Under the pieces are notes generated by a model, which worked only from the letters and a program-made list of their open reading frames with translations, had not been told where the DNA came from and ran no database searches. A stretch of 64,000 nt of DNA from an uncultured Spirochaetota bacterium. Its GTDB lineage: Bacteria; Spirochaetota; Spirochaetia; SZUA-6; Fen-1364. Every line of letters starts with the position of its first letter. Position 1 is the first letter of the stretch. Made by a program: the position numbers and the translations under genes. The stretch is taken from positions 2,336,001 to 2,400,000 of the forward strand of contig CAWGAA010000001.1 of NCBI GenBank assembly GCA_963820525.1, in the 5' to 3' direction. This document shows positions 1 to 9,815 of the stretch, piece after piece.

Positions 1-1837
1 CCGTGTACTGGCCTTCCGTGGCGAGCGGAAGCGTCGTGACCCACGAGGCGTTTCCGGTGAGGCGGTTCCACGTCGTGAAATCGGCCGGCGGGGTCGCGGA
101 GGAAAGCCCCAGCCACAGGTAGATGTAGCGCACGTCCCCCGTGTTGTCGGAGGCGGTTCCGCTGATCGTCGTGCTGTTGCCGGTGACATACGAACCGGCG
201 AGCGGCGAATCGATGGAAACGGTGGGGGCGCTCTCGTCTATTATATAGTGGAGCGTACGCCGCGCGATGGTGCCGGCGTCGTCGGTGGCCTGCAGGTCGA
301 ACCAGATGTCGGTGTTTCCGGCGGCAAGAGGAACCTGGACATAGTACCAGCCCGGATCGACGCTGTCGGCGGCCGAAACAGTCCCGGCCAGGGCGGCCCC
401 GCCTGAAGTGAGGGACGATGAGGCCGTGAAGGCGTTTATCGCATTGTCGTCGGTTGCATGGGCGCGAATCTCGATTCCCGACTGCCCGCTTCCGCCCAAC
501 GGTCCCGCCGTGAAGGTTTTCCGCGTGATCAGGGAGAGGTCGTCGGGCAGCACGCTGTCGATGCGGGGCGCCCCCGAGTCCACGAGGAAGCCACAGGTGA
601 TCTCGGTCGTGTTGCTGGATCCCGTCGATTTGGCGCTCACCTTCACCTTGTAGCGGCCGCTTGAGATGTAGGAGCCGCCCACCTTGGGCTCGATCTGGAA
701 GCTCACGGAGCTCGAGATCGAGGTCCACGTCACGGCCCCTGCGTCGACGTTCGGCAAGGCGGGCCACGTGGTGACGGTGGAGGGGATGATCCATGCCTTG
801 ATCGAGGTGCCGTCCACCGGCGTTCCGGCGGGACCCGGATTCGCATAGCCGGTTATAGGCACCTTGTTCCCGATGACATTGCTGGTGATCGCCAGGCTGG
901 GGTCGAGGTTGGAGAAGTGAAGGACGGGAAGCGTTGCATCTGCTATCTTGTCGAAATCCCCGAACTTGGGGCTCCCCGTGATGCCGATGCGCAGGGCCTG
1001 CAGCATCGCGAAGGTGATATTGCCGGCCGTGCCGCTCTGGGTCTGATCCACCTTGCCGATCTCGTCGGTGGCCGGAAAGAGCAGACCGGGTGTAAGGGCG
1101 GCCCAGATATCCTGGGAATGGTAGTAGTAGGTGTTTGTGTTTCCCGCCTTGTCGGTCGCCTGAATGGCGTACCTGTAGGTTTGATTGTCGGGACGGGCGC
1201 TCGTGATGAAGCGGGTGGACCACGTGTTGGTGCCGTCCGCCAACTTGGTCTCCAACACGCTGTTGTCTGGCGCCAGAAGCTGGACATCCACATCCACAAT
1301 GGGGGATCGGTCCCACACCTCACCCTTGACGTCGATGTAGTCGCTCACGATGGGCTTGGAGGTGCCATAGCCCTGGGGCACCGTCACCAGCACCGTCGGC
1401 GCGATGTTGTCGATATAGGCAAGGAGGAGGGCCTCGACTTCCTTGCCGGAGCCGTCCGTGGCGGTAACCGTGACTTTCTGCTCCCCGTCGGGCAGGTTGT
1501 CCGCGCTTGCCGTGCCGGTGGGGATGTCGATGGTCCATGCACCGCCGGAGACCGTGATGTTCTTGGTGACGGCGCCGGATGACCCGACGTATCGCACGGT
1601 AACCTTGGCCAGGGAAAGGTCGTCCGCAGCGGTACCCTTGACCGTCAGGGGCCCCTTGACGTACGAGTTCTGCTGGGGCGAGCTGATCGCCAGGGAAGGC
1701 GGATTGATATCGACCTTGTCTCCCAGGCCGGGCTTCAGCAGGTCGCAGGTATTGAGAGACAGGGACGCCAGGATGATGAGGGACACCCGCGCCAATGCTC
1801 GGAGGCGCGCAAATTCACTTTGGCTCCTCTTTTTCAT
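1..1837 (-). CDS. Large Ig-like (Big) repeat lipoprotein; 3' end runs off the window start
   Basis: Read by hand, not in the ORF track. SD GGAGG precedes ATG at 1837. It translates MKKRSQSEFARLRALARVSLIILASLSLNTCDLLKPGLGDKVDINPPSLAISSP..., i.e. a lipobox-like Cys followed by repeated beta-rich 'D..P...I.SP...G...D' modules. No stop was seen in the segments translated. Confidence 0.8.
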   Translation of the reverse strand, partial: MKKRSQSEFARLRALARVSLIILASLSLNTCDLLKPGLGDKVDINPPSLAISSPQQNSYVKGPLTVKGTAADDLSLAKVTVRYVGSSGAVTKNITVSGGAWTIDIPTGTASADNLPDGEQKVTVTATDGSGKEVEALLLAYIDNIAPTVLVTVPQGYGTSKPIVSDYIDVKGEVWDRSPIVDVDVQLLAPDNSVLETKLADGTNTWSTRFITSARPDNQTYRYAIQATDKAGNTNTYYYHSQDIWAALTPGLLFPATDEIGKVDQTQSGTAGNITFAMLQALRIGITGSPKFGDFDKIADATLPVLHFSNLDPSLAITSNVIGNKVPITGYANPGPAGTPVDGTSIKAWIIPSTVTTWPALPNVDAGAVTWTSISSSVSFQIEPKVGGSYISSGRYKVKVSAKSTGSSNTTEITCGFLVDSGAPRIDSVLPDDLSLITRKTFTAGPLGGSGQSGIEIRAHATDDNAINAFTASSSLTSGGAALAGTVSAADSVDPGWYYVQVPLAAGNTDIWFDLQATDDAGTIARRTLHYIIDESAPTVSIDSPLAGSYVTGNSTTISGTASDNTGDVRYIYLWLGLSSATPPADFTTWNRLTGNASWVTTLPLATEGQYT

Positions 1838-2113
1838 ACCGGCCTCCTCCCGATGACGGCGCTCCCGGTTTCCGGCAAGTCGAGGCTGTTTCCCTGTTCT
1901 TAACCTCGCCTGCCGCCCGCCCACATACAGTATCGTCAGCTCGCTCACCGGGCCCACATGGGCAAACCATTAAAGTCTACCCCGTTTTTCTTCGATTTCA
2001 TGAACAAATTCCTTAACATCCGTTAAGCGCTATAATCCCCCGAAACGTCGAGAATTGATCAGGAGCACGCGGCCCAGCGGGGGAATGAAAAGCAAGGATG
2101 CGCGAGGTATGAT

Positions 2114-5100
2114 ATGGAAGACATGAGTGGAGCGAACCGTCGAATCTTGAAGAGATGTCTCCTCTCCCTCTCTTTTTTGCTCGGCTTTCAGGCAGCCTCT
2201 TTCGCCGCAGGGTCGAAGGAGGCCGACTTCAAGAAGACGGACGGCCGCGACAACTGGGAGTACACCTATGACATCTCCACGATGGCGCCCGGAAAGTACA
2301 ACCTGATCGTCGAGGGCAAGGACAAGGCCGGAAACGTCTCCACCGCGGGCCCTTACAACGTGTATATCGATCCGAAATCCGACCTGCCCGTGGCCGGCAT
2401 TTCCAACCCGACGCCGGGCCTGCGCGTGGGAGGAGATCTCCACATCGTCGGCACCTGCGTGGACGACGATGGAGTGGACCGCGTCGAGGTCAAGCTTGAC
2501 GACGGGGAGTTCGTCAAGGCGGACGGCAGGGAGTACTGGTCCTACTCCCTGGAGGCGGCTTCCATGGCCGACGGCCGCCACACGGTGAGCGCCCGCGGCG
2601 TGGACATCAACGGCCTGGTGGGAGAGCCGGTGAGCGTTTCCTTCAACCTCGATACGCACAGGCCGGTTATCGCCATCGTCTCCCATAAGAGCGGGACCAT
2701 CGTATCGGGGACGGTCACTCTTTCAGGAACCGCCACGGATGCCAACGGGATCAAGAGCCTCGCCTGCAGCCAGGACAACAAGAAAACATTCCGGGAGCTT
2801 CCCCTCCGGCGGGGGAAGGACGACACCTCGGCGCAATTCGAGCTCACCGTGGATACCAAAAAGCTCGCCGATGGCCCGTACGCCTACTGGTTCGGCAGCC
2901 TCGACATGACGGGATCCACCGGATACACGGCGTTTCTCCTGTTCGTGGACAACACGGGCCCCTCCATCGAAATCTTGAAGCCGAAGAGCGACGAGAAGGT
3001 GAGCGGCAGGGTCGCCGTCATAGGCAAGATCACGGAGCGCATCGGCATCAAATCGTTCTCCTACGACGGGGGTGAGGCAAACAGGGGCGCCATAGAACTG
3101 GCCCCGGGCAACCCCTACTGGATCCACGAGTTCGATTTTTCCAAGCCGCGCGCATCCTCCGCGCGCATCCTCTTCACCGTGGTCGACCTCGTGGGAAACA
3201 CAACGACGAAGGATCTCACCGTGCAGATCCTCCCCGACGAGGCGGACCTTCCCGTCGTGACGCTCCGCTCGCCGGCGGCGAACGGGGTCTATCCCGCCGA
3301 TGTCCTTTTGTCCGGCTCGGTCCGCGACGACGATGGAGTGAAGGCAGTGCAATACTCCATCGACGGAGGGAAACCCGTCGTGCTCGATTCCCGGGAGGCT
3401 TTCTCGGCGATGCTCACGGAGCTTCCCGCCGGAAAGCACAAGCTGGCCATCCATGGAGTCGACACCAACGACAGACCGGGAAAGGATGTCACCGTCGAGT
3501 TCACCTCCCGGGGAAAACCTCCGGCGGTCACGGTGGAAAGCGTTTCCAGCGGGAAAGAGAGCGTTCCCTTCAGGCCGGGCTTCGAGATAGCCCGCGACAA
3601 GGGAGCGGTCCTCGTCGGCAGGATATCGACCCTTGGCCAGCTGAAGAGCCTGGAGTGCTCCTTGAACGGCGCTCCAGCGCAGAAGCTCTCCACCAAGGGC
3701 GCCGACAAGGCCGGTGAGGCTTCATTCGAGATCCGCATCCCCCCGACGGTCTCCTTCGGCATGGTGACGCTTTCCGTGCGCGCGACGGACCAGTCCGATC
3801 AGGTGGGCGAGTTCAAGAGCATCATCCACGTGACCAACTACTCCAAGCGCAACATCGAGCCCGGCATCTACTTCCTGCAGACGCGCGCTCAAGCGGATGG
3901 TACGATTCTCTTGACTCCTGAAATGCCCCTGGTGGGGATCTTCACCGGGGAAGAAATACGCTCCGTCAGCATCGAGCCTCCCTCCGACGTGCTTTCCATA
4001 GCCTTGGACGGAGAGAAGATCACGGTGAGCCCGCGCGGAACGGGCGCTGCGGGCCCCCTCCACGTCAAGGTGGTATCGGCCAAGGGGCGCGTCTTCACCT
4101 CCCCCGAGCTCGGATTCCAGGCCGACACGAGCGGAGGCGCCGCTTCCGCAGCCATCGATTTCTCCCGCATCGTCCAGGGAAAAGACTCCTTCGAGTATTC
4201 CCCGGGAATGCGTCTCGTGATCGATAGGTCGACTCTCCTCACGGGGACTGCCGCGATTGCCGCGCAGGTGAAATCCGCCGAGTATGCCCTCCAGGGCGGG
4301 CCCGCGCGAGGCTTCGGCTTGAAGAAGCTCGACACGGCAGGCCAGTACGGATTCGAAATACCCCTTCCGCCCGAACTCCCGTACGGAAAGATCGATCTGC
4401 GCATGGCCGTTACGGATGCAAGCGGTCAGAAAACCGTGCTTTCGACCTCTTTCTTCCGGGTTGAAAAGGAAAGCGGGACGGACAATGACGGGGAAGGCAT
4501 TTACCTCGCCGACTCCCGCATCGACTCGACGGGGGCGCTTCTCCTCGCTCCCGGCGAAAGCATCGGCGGATACTTCAACGGCCGTCCGGTCAAGGAAATC
4601 AGGCTCGACCCCGACACTCCGCTTCTTTCCGCCGCGGCCGATGGCAACTTCATCCGGCTCTCCGCGGTCAAGGAAGGGATGCCGGCGAGCGTCCGCCTGC
4701 GGCTGACCACCGTGGACGGCGACTTCTTCCAATCGGATCCCTACACGGTCCGCTCGGACGCCGGGGCGCCCGCCGTCACCGTGGACTCTCCCCGGACGGG
4801 AGACTGGGTGGGGGCACGGCTGAGGCTGAAGGGATCAGCCTCGGATCCCAACGGAATCGTGAAGCTGGAATACGCCCTGAACTCAAGCGACGCCTTCACC
4901 GCAATCCCGCCGGCCGGGGGGAGCGGGTCGTCCGGCTTCGATATTCCCCTCGATCTGGCGGACGTACCGGACGGGGACGTGGGCTTGACGGTCCGCGCCG
5001 CAGACGGCGCAGGGCGGCAGAGCGTGGTCTCGCTTCGGTTCATGAAGGACTCCGAGGGGCCGGCGATCTCGCTGGTAACTCCTCCCGCCGAAGACCCGGT

Positions 5101-7432
5101 GAACGGCCTCATAACGGTCACCGGGACGGCCACCGACGCTGGAGCGGTGGATCAAGTGGAGTTCAGCGACGACGGCAAGACCTACGCCGCCGTGACGGGG
5201 ACCGGGGTGTTCAGCATGCCTCTGGACCTCTCCAAGTACACCAAGCTCCCGGAGGCGTTCTACTTCCGGGCGAGGGACAAGAGCGGCAACATATCCGTAT
5301 TCACCGCGGCGCTGAACGTCCAGCAGGAGACCGACATACCTACGGTTCAGATCCAGATCCCGCAGGACGGGGAGGTGCTCAGGAGCGATTTCACCATCTC
5401 CGGGATGGTGTTCGACGACGACGGAGTGGGGTCGATCTCCTACCGAATCGACCAGGGGCCGATCCAGAAGCTTCCCGGCTCCAACAGCTTCGACATCCCC
5501 CTCCGCCTTGAGGACATGAGCGACAACGAGCACGCGATCGAGGTGATGGCGGAGGATCTCAACGGGGTGCCCAGCAAATCAGCCACGTCGACGTTCAAGA
5601 TCTCAAAGGCGGAGCCGACTTCGCGCCTGACATCTCCGGCTTTGAGCACCACGACGCGGGGCGTCATCACCCTTGCCGGAGAGTCGATGGACAAGAACGG
5701 CATCAAGGAGATATCCATCTCCTTCGACAACGGCCAGACCTTCAACCTCGCCGAGGGCAAGGAGAAATGGGCCTACCGTCTCGATACCCAGATTCTCAAG
5801 GACGGCACCTACTCCATCATCATCAAGGCGGTGGACGCGTACGGGACCGAGGGGCTTTTCTCGACGCTTCTCAACATCGACAACCAGCCGCCGCAAATCA
5901 TCCTGGACACTCCCAAGGACGGCGCGCCTGTTACGGAAAGCCTCGCAGTCGATGGACGCGCCATCGACAATATCGACCTTACCTCCCTGAAGGCCACTCT
6001 TGCGCCGCTGGGCTTGAAAGGATCAAGCCCTGCCTCCTGGGATCTTCCGCGGAAGGGGCATTTCTCCTCGGCGCTGGATCTCAAGGCCGTCGCGGCCGGA
6101 TGGTACAACCTAACCCTGGAGGCAACGGACAAGGCGGAGAACTCGGCCAAGATCTCCAGAAACGTGCTCGTCCAGGAAAAGAAGGCCGTGAACACGGTGC
6201 AGATCCTCTTCCCCGTGAATGGGGAAAGCATTTCGGGATCGTTCACCCTGGCGGGAAGGGTGCAGTCCTCCGAGAAGGTCACGGAGGTCGGCTTCAGCGT
6301 GGACGGTCAGGCCGCCGGAACCATTCCCATGAACGACAACGGCTACTTCACAATGGCCGTCACGCCGGAATCCCTTCAGGACGGGACGCATTCCCTCGAG
6401 GCGCAGGCCAGGCTCGCGGGAGACCTCGTGATCCGCTCGGAGCCTCGAAGCATCGTCTACAGGAAGCTGGGGCCGTGGATCAGGATCACCAGCAACGCAC
6501 CCGGGGATTTCGTCACCTCCCGCCCCTTCATCACGGGAGAAGCGGGCTTCACCTCGGAGCCTGCGGATCCCGCGGACAAGGAAGCCGTGGCTCGCGCGCA
6601 GCGGGAGCGCGATGCTCATCGGATCGAGCGCATCGAGGTGAGCCTCGACAATGGGAAGAGCTTCACGGCCGTTTCGGGGCGCGAGAAGTGGCAGTACAGG
6701 CTGGAGACGCAGAACTATCCCGACGGAGAAGTCAGGTTCATCGCACGGGCCGTTTTTACGGACGGATCGACGGCATTCGACGAAACTCTCCTCACGATCG
6801 ACGACACGCCGCCCCAGGTTGTCCTGCTCTCCCCGCGTGAGGAAGGCCGATTCAACGGGGAGATCTCTCTGCTCGGTACGGCTCATGACGAGAATGGAAT
6901 CTCCCAGGTGCGCGCCGCGGTCCGCCAGGGAGACAAGGCGAACTACGAAGTGCCCGGCTTCATCCAGGGCCTCTACTTCGAAGGCCACGCGCTTGGAGCC
7001 ACCGAATGGGACTTCGGCATCGGGCTCACGTTCTTCGACGACAACGTCAAGCTCCAGGCCCAGGTGGGCACGGCTCCCGAAGGGAGGTTCTCGGGCCTGG
7101 TCATTGGGACGAAGCTTCTGGCCAACATCTTCCGCCTCCCCTTCAGCTATTTCCTGGGGCCCGACTGGGACCTGCTGTCCCTGTCCCTGGCCATCGGCGC
7201 CAACTTCTCCTACGTCACCAACTCGGGCAGCGCGATCGCCTTTACAGACAAAGGCCTGATCATCGGAGGAGTCGTGGGTCAGCTGGAGTTCCCCATCGTG
7301 AAGCTCAAGTCGTGGCCCCTGTTCAGGACATACTCGCTGTACACGGAGTACCAGCTCTGGTTCATCTCATCGGACATCAGCGCGGGCTTCGTGAGCCGGA
7401 TGGCTTTCGGCGCGCGGATCGGACTGTTCTAA
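2114..7432 (+). CDS. Giant secreted Ig-like repeat protein (1772 aa) with putative C-terminal outer-membrane beta-barrel
   Basis: Signal peptide, many 'D..P.V.I.SP...G.A.D..GI..V' Big-domain repeats, and a C-terminal ~150 aa of amphipathic strands ending GARIGLF. Confidence 0.8.
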   Translation: MEDMSGANRRILKRCLLSLSFLLGFQAASFAAGSKEADFKKTDGRDNWEYTYDISTMAPGKYNLIVEGKDKAGNVSTAGPYNVYIDPKSDLPVAGISNPTPGLRVGGDLHIVGTCVDDDGVDRVEVKLDDGEFVKADGREYWSYSLEAASMADGRHTVSARGVDINGLVGEPVSVSFNLDTHRPVIAIVSHKSGTIVSGTVTLSGTATDANGIKSLACSQDNKKTFRELPLRRGKDDTSAQFELTVDTKKLADGPYAYWFGSLDMTGSTGYTAFLLFVDNTGPSIEILKPKSDEKVSGRVAVIGKITERIGIKSFSYDGGEANRGAIELAPGNPYWIHEFDFSKPRASSARILFTVVDLVGNTTTKDLTVQILPDEADLPVVTLRSPAANGVYPADVLLSGSVRDDDGVKAVQYSIDGGKPVVLDSREAFSAMLTELPAGKHKLAIHGVDTNDRPGKDVTVEFTSRGKPPAVTVESVSSGKESVPFRPGFEIARDKGAVLVGRISTLGQLKSLECSLNGAPAQKLSTKGADKAGEASFEIRIPPTVSFGMVTLSVRATDQSDQVGEFKSIIHVTNYSKRNIEPGIYFLQTRAQADGTILLTPEMPLVGIFTGEEIRSVSIEPPSDVLSIALDGEKITVSPRGTGAAGPLHVKVVSAKGRVFTSPELGFQADTSGGAASAAIDFSRIVQGKDSFEYSPGMRLVIDRSTLLTGTAAIAAQVKSAEYALQGGPARGFGLKKLDTAGQYGFEIPLPPELPYGKIDLRMAVTDASGQKTVLSTSFFRVEKESGTDNDGEGIYLADSRIDSTGALLLAPGESIGGYFNGRPVKEIRLDPDTPLLSAAADGNFIRLSAVKEGMPASVRLRLTTVDGDFFQSDPYTVRSDAGAPAVTVDSPRTGDWVGARLRLKGSASDPNGIVKLEYALNSSDAFTAIPPAGGSGSSGFDIPLDLADVPDGDVGLTVRAADGAGRQSVVSLRFMKDSEGPAISLVTPPAEDPVNGLITVTGTATDAGAVDQVEFSDDGKTYAAVTGTGVFSMPLDLSKYTKLPEAFYFRARDKSGNISVFTAALNVQQETDIPTVQIQIPQDGEVLRSDFTISGMVFDDDGVGSISYRIDQGPIQKLPGSNSFDIPLRLEDMSDNEHAIEVMAEDLNGVPSKSATSTFKISKAEPTSRLTSPALSTTTRGVITLAGESMDKNGIKEISISFDNGQTFNLAEGKEKWAYRLDTQILKDGTYSIIIKAVDAYGTEGLFSTLLNIDNQPPQIILDTPKDGAPVTESLAVDGRAIDNIDLTSLKATLAPLGLKGSSPASWDLPRKGHFSSALDLKAVAAGWYNLTLEATDKAENSAKISRNVLVQEKKAVNTVQILFPVNGESISGSFTLAGRVQSSEKVTEVGFSVDGQAAGTIPMNDNGYFTMAVTPESLQDGTHSLEAQARLAGDLVIRSEPRSIVYRKLGPWIRITSNAPGDFVTSRPFITGEAGFTSEPADPADKEAVARAQRERDAHRIERIEVSLDNGKSFTAVSGREKWQYRLETQNYPDGEVRFIARAVFTDGSTAFDETLLTIDDTPPQVVLLSPREEGRFNGEISLLGTAHDENGISQVRAAVRQGDKANYEVPGFIQGLYFEGHALGATEWDFGIGLTFFDDNVKLQAQVGTAPEGRFSGLVIGTKLLANIFRLPFSYFLGPDWDLLSLSLAIGANFSYVTNSGSAIAFTDKGLIIGGVVGQLEFPIVKLKSWPLFRTYSLYTEYQLWFISSDISAGFVSRMAFGARIGLF

Positions 7433-7771
7433 GGGCCGCCACGCGGCGGCGGTCGGCGGAAGGGCGCCGTTCTGCGTGGTGCAGGATTCGGCGCCTGGAT
7501 TTTCAAGGCCGAGCGCCCCCCTCGCGGCGGGGAGATTTCCCAAACAAAAAGCTGGAAACGAACCCGTTTTGACGGTACATTGCGGAGAGAGGGCGCCGAA
7601 TCGGGCCCTCGGAGCAGCCGCTCGGAGGCAGCAGCTTTTCGCGCGGCGAGAGTCGCCCCGTATGGGGGGCTCAATGCAACGGTTTCGATCGTCGGAACCG
7701 GGCCGGATCGCCCGAGAGGGGATCAATGGGGGCCGCCGAAACGGCCCGGAAAGGCCAGAGGAGGAATCCGC

Positions 7772-8293
7772 ATGAACAATAAAGTGTTCTCTTTCGACAT
7801 GGGAAGGATCATGGACGAAGCGTTCAAGTGCGCCGAGGAGTTCGGCAAGGCCTTCGACCATGAGACTGCGGAGCGGATCCGCCGCGCCGCTGAACATCAC
7901 GGGATGGGCCACTTCGGAACGCCGGACTTCTATCCCGGGTATCTCTATCCGCCGGCCAACGTCTACCTCACCAAGGAGAAGAAGCTCATCCTGGAGATCG
8001 CCCTTGCGGGATTCGAGGAGAAGGACATCTCCATCCAGTTCCGGGGAGATTCGCTTCTGTTCTCGGTAAAGGCTCCGGCGGCGGGCGAATCGGAGGAGAG
8101 CGTGCAATACTTCAAGCGCCGGCTGAAGTTCAGGGACATCGAGGAACAGCGCTATTACGTTCCCGCGGACAAGTTCGACCAAGCCGCCACGAGCGCGACC
8201 TTCAAGAACGGGCTCCTGCGCGTCGTCATTCCCCCGAAGGAGCAGGCCGAACAGGGCGCCGAGATCAAGGTGGATATCAAGACCGAGGGCTAG
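7772..8293 (+). CDS. Hsp20/alpha-crystallin small heat-shock protein
   Basis: SD GAGGAGG before ATG 7772; motifs PPANVY, EIALAGF, ATFKNGLLRVVIP. Confidence 0.9.
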   Translation: MNNKVFSFDMGRIMDEAFKCAEEFGKAFDHETAERIRRAAEHHGMGHFGTPDFYPGYLYPPANVYLTKEKKLILEIALAGFEEKDISIQFRGDSLLFSVKAPAAGESEESVQYFKRRLKFRDIEEQRYYVPADKFDQAATSATFKNGLLRVVIPPKEQAEQGAEIKVDIKTEG

Positions 8294-8455
8294 GCCCAGG
8301 GGAGGTCCCTCTCTGGACAGAGACCGGTTTCGGAGTATCATCGAAGCATGAGTTCGGCCTTCGGTCCCGAAGCCGAGCCCCTTTACACGCACGAGCCTCC
8401 CGCGGTATACAGACCGCTGCACACGTCCCGGTTGGAAAGGAGGAAGACACCGCCC

Positions 8456-9724
8456 GTGCGCTTCGTGCATCGCATCACCCGGTTCGTCTTGCTTTTAGCG
8501 GCCGCCGCGGCGCTCGCCCGGCCCCCGTTCTCAGGGGCTCTCCCTGCGGTCTCCACCGCAAACTCGGAGCCGGTCCCCCTCACTCTAGCGGCCCGCTCCG
8601 CCATTCTCATCGACCAGGCCACCGGCCGCGTGCTGTTCGAGAGGAACGCGGATACTCCGCTCCCCCCCGCTTCGCTCACAAAGCTGATGACGCTCCACCT
8701 CGTCTACCGGAAGCTGGAAGACCGCTCCATCGAGCCCGATGACGTGGTGACCATCTCCACCAATGCGTGGGCCCTCCACCAGGCCCCCGGCTCCTCGCTC
8801 ATGAACCTGGAGCCCGGGCAAATCGTCACGGTGGAAGAGCTCATGAAAGGGATGGCGGTCGCTTCGGGCAACGACGCGGCCACCGCTCTCGCCGAATACG
8901 TCGCCGGGACCAAGGAGAAGTTCGTCCAGCTGATGAACGAGGAATGCAGCTGGTTCGGCTACAAGAGCATGCACTTCACGGATCCCGCCGGAGTGGATGA
9001 GTCCAACAGGGTGACGGCGCGGGAGTTCGCCGATTTCTGCCGCCATTACATCGAGCTCCACCCCCAGTCGCTCTCCCAGCTGCTCTCGATACGGGAGTTC
9101 GAGTACCCCCAGCCCAGGAATCTGCCCGAAAGATGGCCCGAGGAGCGCAGGCTGAAAGTGAAGCCGGTAAAGCAGTTCAATGGCAACTTCCTGGTATGGA
9201 ACGGGATCGACGGCCTGAAGACGGGGCACCTCGATGAAGAGAACTTCACCGCGGCCATAACGATGAAAGAGGGGGACACGAGGCTGATAGCGATTGTTCT
9301 GGGGGTCCCGGGACGCACTCTCTCGGAAGGCTACCGCCAGCGCGCGGAGGACTGTCTTGCGCTCTTGTACTATGGACTGCGCACCTTCGCCACGCAGGCC
9401 GTCGATATTCAGCCAATCAAGCCGCTTCGAGTATGGAAAGGAGCCCGAGAAACCGTGGCCGTGGCGCCCTCCGGCCCTCTCCATGTGACGGTAAGGAAGA
9501 GCGAGTTCGATAAGATCTCCTACTCGATCGTGACCTCCTCAGCGGTTGTCGCCCCCCTGCGCAAAGGCCAGAAGGTGGGAGATATCGTCTTCTACAGCGG
9601 AACCGAGGAGATCGCGCGCTACGGCCTGCAAGCCGCGGAGGACCTCGAAGAGGCCGGGATCTTCAAGCGGGCCTGGGACGCCGTATTGATGAGCGTTGAC
9701 ACGCTGTTGGGGGGCGTCGGCTAG
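8456..9724 (+). CDS. dacA: D-alanyl-D-alanine carboxypeptidase (peptidase S11, PBP5-like)
   Basis: SxxK (PASLTK), SxN (SGN) and KTG motifs plus PBP5 C-terminal domain. GTG start at 8456 follows AGGAGG; the track starts at 8348. Confidence 0.9.
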   Translation: MRFVHRITRFVLLLAAAAALARPPFSGALPAVSTANSEPVPLTLAARSAILIDQATGRVLFERNADTPLPPASLTKLMTLHLVYRKLEDRSIEPDDVVTISTNAWALHQAPGSSLMNLEPGQIVTVEELMKGMAVASGNDAATALAEYVAGTKEKFVQLMNEECSWFGYKSMHFTDPAGVDESNRVTAREFADFCRHYIELHPQSLSQLLSIREFEYPQPRNLPERWPEERRLKVKPVKQFNGNFLVWNGIDGLKTGHLDEENFTAAITMKEGDTRLIAIVLGVPGRTLSEGYRQRAEDCLALLYYGLRTFATQAVDIQPIKPLRVWKGARETVAVAPSGPLHVTVRKSEFDKISYSIVTSSAVVAPLRKGQKVGDIVFYSGTEEIARYGLQAAEDLEEAGIFKRAWDAVLMSVDTLLGGVG

Positions 9725-9815
9725 GGCGAGAAGGCCGTTCCAGCGCACGCTCGACGCGGCATCCGCCTGCTTCGACTCACACACGACGCGGCGCCTGCTC
9801 GCTTCGGCGCCCGCC

